Source: Lophium mytilinum (taxonomy: Eukaryota). Taken from it: a stretch of DNA of 64,000 bases. The translations under genes were made by a program, and so were the position numbers. The stretch is taken from the NCBI GenBank assembly GCA_010093605.1, contig MU004183.1, forward strand, positions 1,302,001 to 1,366,000. Direction: 5' to 3'. Under the pieces are notes generated by a model, which saw nothing but the letters and a program-made list of their open reading frames with translations, ran no database searches and had not been told where the DNA came from. Below, one piece after another: positions 60,675-64,000 of the stretch (positions are counted from its first letter, which is position 1; each line of letters starts with the position of its first letter).

Positions 60675-61261
60675 CGTTGACTGAAAGGTACTGGTCGCTG
60701 CTTTTGGAGACTGAAAGTTGAGAAGTAAGGTTTCTATTGGAAGGGTTCGTCTAGAGCGGTGCTTTTTGGAGGAGAGGTAAGTGTGTCGAACGGTGTATCG
60801 AACGGGTTGAGGTTTGAACCCCGCTGCGCCCCGTTACGCCCCGTCAACGTGTGTATGCGCGGTCTACGAATGAGCATCGAGCGAAGAGCGGGGCGCAGCA
60901 TCAGGAGTTACATACGCTTGCCGAGCATTACTTAGAGGTCGACTAATACGTTACCATAAGCAATTGATTGGTAGTTTCTGGTAAGCATAATAGCTCTTTG
61001 GGCCACCTCAGACGGTGTCAGATTGCTAATTTATGTTTAGGGAAGCCTGGCAGAAAGTCGCCTCAGCGTGAGGACCGACTCAAAGATGCTAAGTGAGTTA
61101 TGAGTGGTTTACAACGGCAAAGTATCTGACAAGCGCTTGAAGTGGTGAGTTGTGCTCCCAATAACCTACAGAAGTCTGTGCCGGACACCACCATCGAGGC
61201 CAGTCGACGCTTCTCAACTCAAGAGCTCGTTTGTTTCTCTTCATACGAGCCATCGATGCTT

Positions 61262-63459
61262 TCACCCAATATCCTGCCCATCTTCGTCATGGTCATCCCA
61301 CGGGAAGTTGTCTCTAAGGCCGTCCCTAGCCTTATCACACGGCGAGGCTTCCAACATCATCTCCTTCAGTTCTTGGGCCCATGTCTTAGCCTTTACCCAT
61401 TCTTCATCGCCAGGCACCCATCCCATATCATCTACACCAAGTCCATCCCGCATAGAAGCCATCAAATTGTCCCTCTCTGCCTGTTGCGCGTGAATTTTCG
61501 AGACAGATCTTATCTCGTCGTCGGAATACGTCGGAAAGATAGGCAGAGGCGGAACCTGGTTTCGAAGGTGTTCCGGAAGGCTTTGTGCGAATTTCAGCAT
61601 AATTTCCTGCCAAATACGCAGCCCAGCAGCGATCGAGCCCGACAAAGCTAACTCTTCCCATTGTTGAATCGCACTGATCATACTTGCGTGCAAAGAGATG
61701 GAGTCGCCCTCCCAGGGAGATCCTGCGCTCCTGTACAACATTTGATGGAGAGCGACTGCCTTGGTAGAGATGGCATTGAAGTGCTCCTCGTGGTCCCTCC
61801 ATGTAAGCCCAGAATAAAAGAAATGAGACCATTTTCTGGCGTGTCGATCCCTCATTAATTCCTGCTCTTCCGGGTCCGCAGTATTGTATTCCAGGGGGAG
61901 CTCTTTAGATGGAGGTTTCATTCGCTCTGAATCTGGATCACCAAAGTACTGGAAATCGCGAGGGATTCCCGCGGCAAGACACAGCGGAAGAATCGTAGCA
62001 TGTTGCCAGTCAATAAGGCCCGCAATCTCGAGGGATTTTGATACTCGAATGTTGCTCATAGATAGATCTGGATGTCGGAGGACGGGTCGGTTAAGATAGT
62101 TTTCCTCAGGGTAGCCCAACCACTTCGCCATTTCCAGATACTTATGAAGGGCTTCTATGTGCGGCTTATACGGTAATTTGTCGTATCCATGGACCTGTCG
62201 ATAGAGAGGCTCATAATGGCGACGTGGTTTAGCGAACCGCTCAGTCCATGCAAGTTCTTTCTTGCCAACCGCATGGAAAGCTTGGGTAGAGGAGGTCCCT
62301 ACAAAGGTCAGAAGAGATCATAATTTCGAAGATTGGACGCCTTGTATCAGCTCTGTACACTCTTGTCTGTTGCGGTTTCAAGTGTCTTGATGCGTGTCAC
62401 AGACTTGAGCATTATCGCTTGGAACAGTCAGCAAACTTGCCGAGCCGCCACAGACAGTGGCTGGTAGGCGGCATTCGGAGATGCGGTCTGTCGCTCAGGA
62501 TTTCTGTCAATGCGTTGAGGCACCTCAAGGAGTTGCAGAATGGCGTGCACGGGCCTACAGCGAGGTATTGTGAAACAGACTTACATGGACCTCGATCGAG
62601 GAGAGCTAGAGAGCTTCGCTGGTCATCCCACCAGCTGTAATGAGCCATGGGGCCCATACAAAAGGCTTTATCGCCATGGCCAGGAAGCGCTACAGCCTTG
62701 GCCTTTTCTTCCGAGCTCAAATCATCTGGAAAGTAGATGCTACCGCTCGCTGGGAGTTGGATAGAGAACAAGTTCTTCTCCAAGTGCACGACCTGCTTGA
62801 TGATTTGACCCTGCTGCTTGAGATCCAAAGTAGGCCAGATCTCGGCAAGAGAGTCACCATCAATTTTCTCCATGACGATATATTCGGCGCCCACAGCGTT
62901 GTCAGCAGTCGAAGACCACCCATACACCCGTGGGACGGGGATGTTGTGAAGGCGTAGAAACTCCATTGTAGCCACTTCGCTTGCGGTTCCGTAATGGTTG
63001 GGAACGGTGGATGGATATGGCAGCCGTGCTAGAACGCGATGGCCATCGCTGAGCGTAGCTTCGAACACCCTGTTGAAACCTCCTTCGGCAAGTTTGATGA
63101 ACGAAGTCACGTTGGAAGCGCTCTGGCCGATTGACGATGCCATGACAGATTTCAGTGCTGGGATATTGAACTTCAAATAACGTTCCTTCATCCTCAATGG
63201 CTCATTGTAGCTACTAACATCAGCAATTTGATTAACTACTATGTACGGAAGCGGAATATACTCACATCCATCTGCCAGAAGTGTACGCATACATAGACTC
63301 ATCTCCTGCTGCCAAGATAGGGGATCCGGCGACTGGCGTGGAAAAGCTTCCGAACCATCGCGGCTTGACGTTGAGGACTGTTTTGAAGTTAGTCGGATTG
63401 GGGAGGTGCTTGAGGGGGCCAAAAGATATGGCCATGGTAAGTAGCTTGAAGAGCTCCAT
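61262..63459 (-). CDS. Aminoglycoside-phosphotransferase-like kinase (AIM9-like); exons 63459-63266, 63210-62585, 62298-61262
   Basis: YAYTSGRW|IYNEPLR, KLAEGGFNRVF, SEVATMEF, PVPRVYGW, VGAEYIVME, GSIYF, DRGP|W, HPDLSMSNI and LIDWQH. Confidence 0.88.
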
Positions 63460-63777
63460 GTTGAGGAAGAAAGTTAGCAGTGATGTTAGCGCATTGCCAG
63501 GTAGTGGCTGGAAGTTACTCTGGCATAGACCCAAATGCAACTCTACAAGGGCTGTTAAACTGCCACCAGACTTCAGATTGAGGCACAGCAGCTTGCATGC
63601 GGCGCACTGGTTGACGCTCAGGAGACGCACTGAAGCGGCGGGATATGGAGTAGTCAGTTAGCGCGTGACGGTTTAGGCCCCGCTTAAATAAATTATTCGG
63701 TATCAGCCTTACATTCAACACCACCTCTACTTTTTTTCAAAACAGAATCCTCACTCAGGCAAGACAACAACAGCATC

Positions 63778-64000
63778 ATGGACAATGGCATACCCAAGAA
63801 GAGGAAGCTCAACAACGGCTCTTCCTTCGCGGGAGTAGCACCTAAAAAATCGAGCTTCAAAAGCGGCCCGCCGAAATCTTCAAAGTTCTCGAACCCCTCC
63901 AAATTTTCCAAACCACATACGAAGGATAGCAAGGGCAAACGTATCAAACCATCAACTGCCACAGCTAAGCCTTCGTCCTCCACCCCGAAGCCGAAGCCTA
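63778..64000 (+). CDS. Partial CDS (5' end) of a Lys/Ser-rich, probably nuclear or nucleolar protein running off the window
   Basis: ATG GAC AAT GGC ATA CCC AAG AAG AGG AAG (MDNGIPKKRKL, NLS-like), open to the window end, divergent from the kinase gene. Confidence 0.55.
   Translation, partial: MDNGIPKKRKLNNGSSFAGVAPKKSSFKSGPPKSSKFSNPSKFSKPHTKDSKGKRIKPSTATAKPSSSTPKPKP

Noticed and set aside
1..64000. Transposons, Starship captain gene, secondary-metabolite backbone genes
   Set aside because: No transposase, reverse transcriptase, tyrosine recombinase, PKS/NRPS motifs, LTRs or terminal inverted repeats were recognised.

Overview
Gene-dense, intron-containing genomic DNA from a filamentous ascomycete (Pezizomycotina). 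Evidence: short 45-130 nt GT-AG introns with CTAAC/CTGAC branch sites. About 26 protein-coding loci were reconstructed by hand, several of them split or missed by the ORF track. Conserved core genes are a WSC-domain cell-wall sensor, ATP14, a DUF1765 protein, NDC80, folliculin/LST7, APC2, an F-box protein, SMC6 and mitochondrial ClpP. Accessory-type genes are a secreted beta-propeller, two alpha/beta hydrolases, a DUF3445 protein, a BTB-like protein, a secreted heme peroxidase, two HET-domain loci, an MDR oxidoreductase and an APH/AIM9-like kinase. No rRNA, tRNA, CRISPR array or recognisable transposon was seen. The most unusual features are: (1) a non-coding 106-bp tandem array next to a gene whose stop codon sits at a Trp position inside an in-frame 11-aa hydrophobic repeat; (2) a fungal-type peroxidase carrying a plant class III-like FHDCFVxGC distal motif; (3) a 3-codon strong-context uORF just before the folliculin/LST7 start; (4) several accessory genes broken by TAA/TAG stops compatible with RIP-type transitions. 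Family assignments come from motif recognition only; no searches were run.
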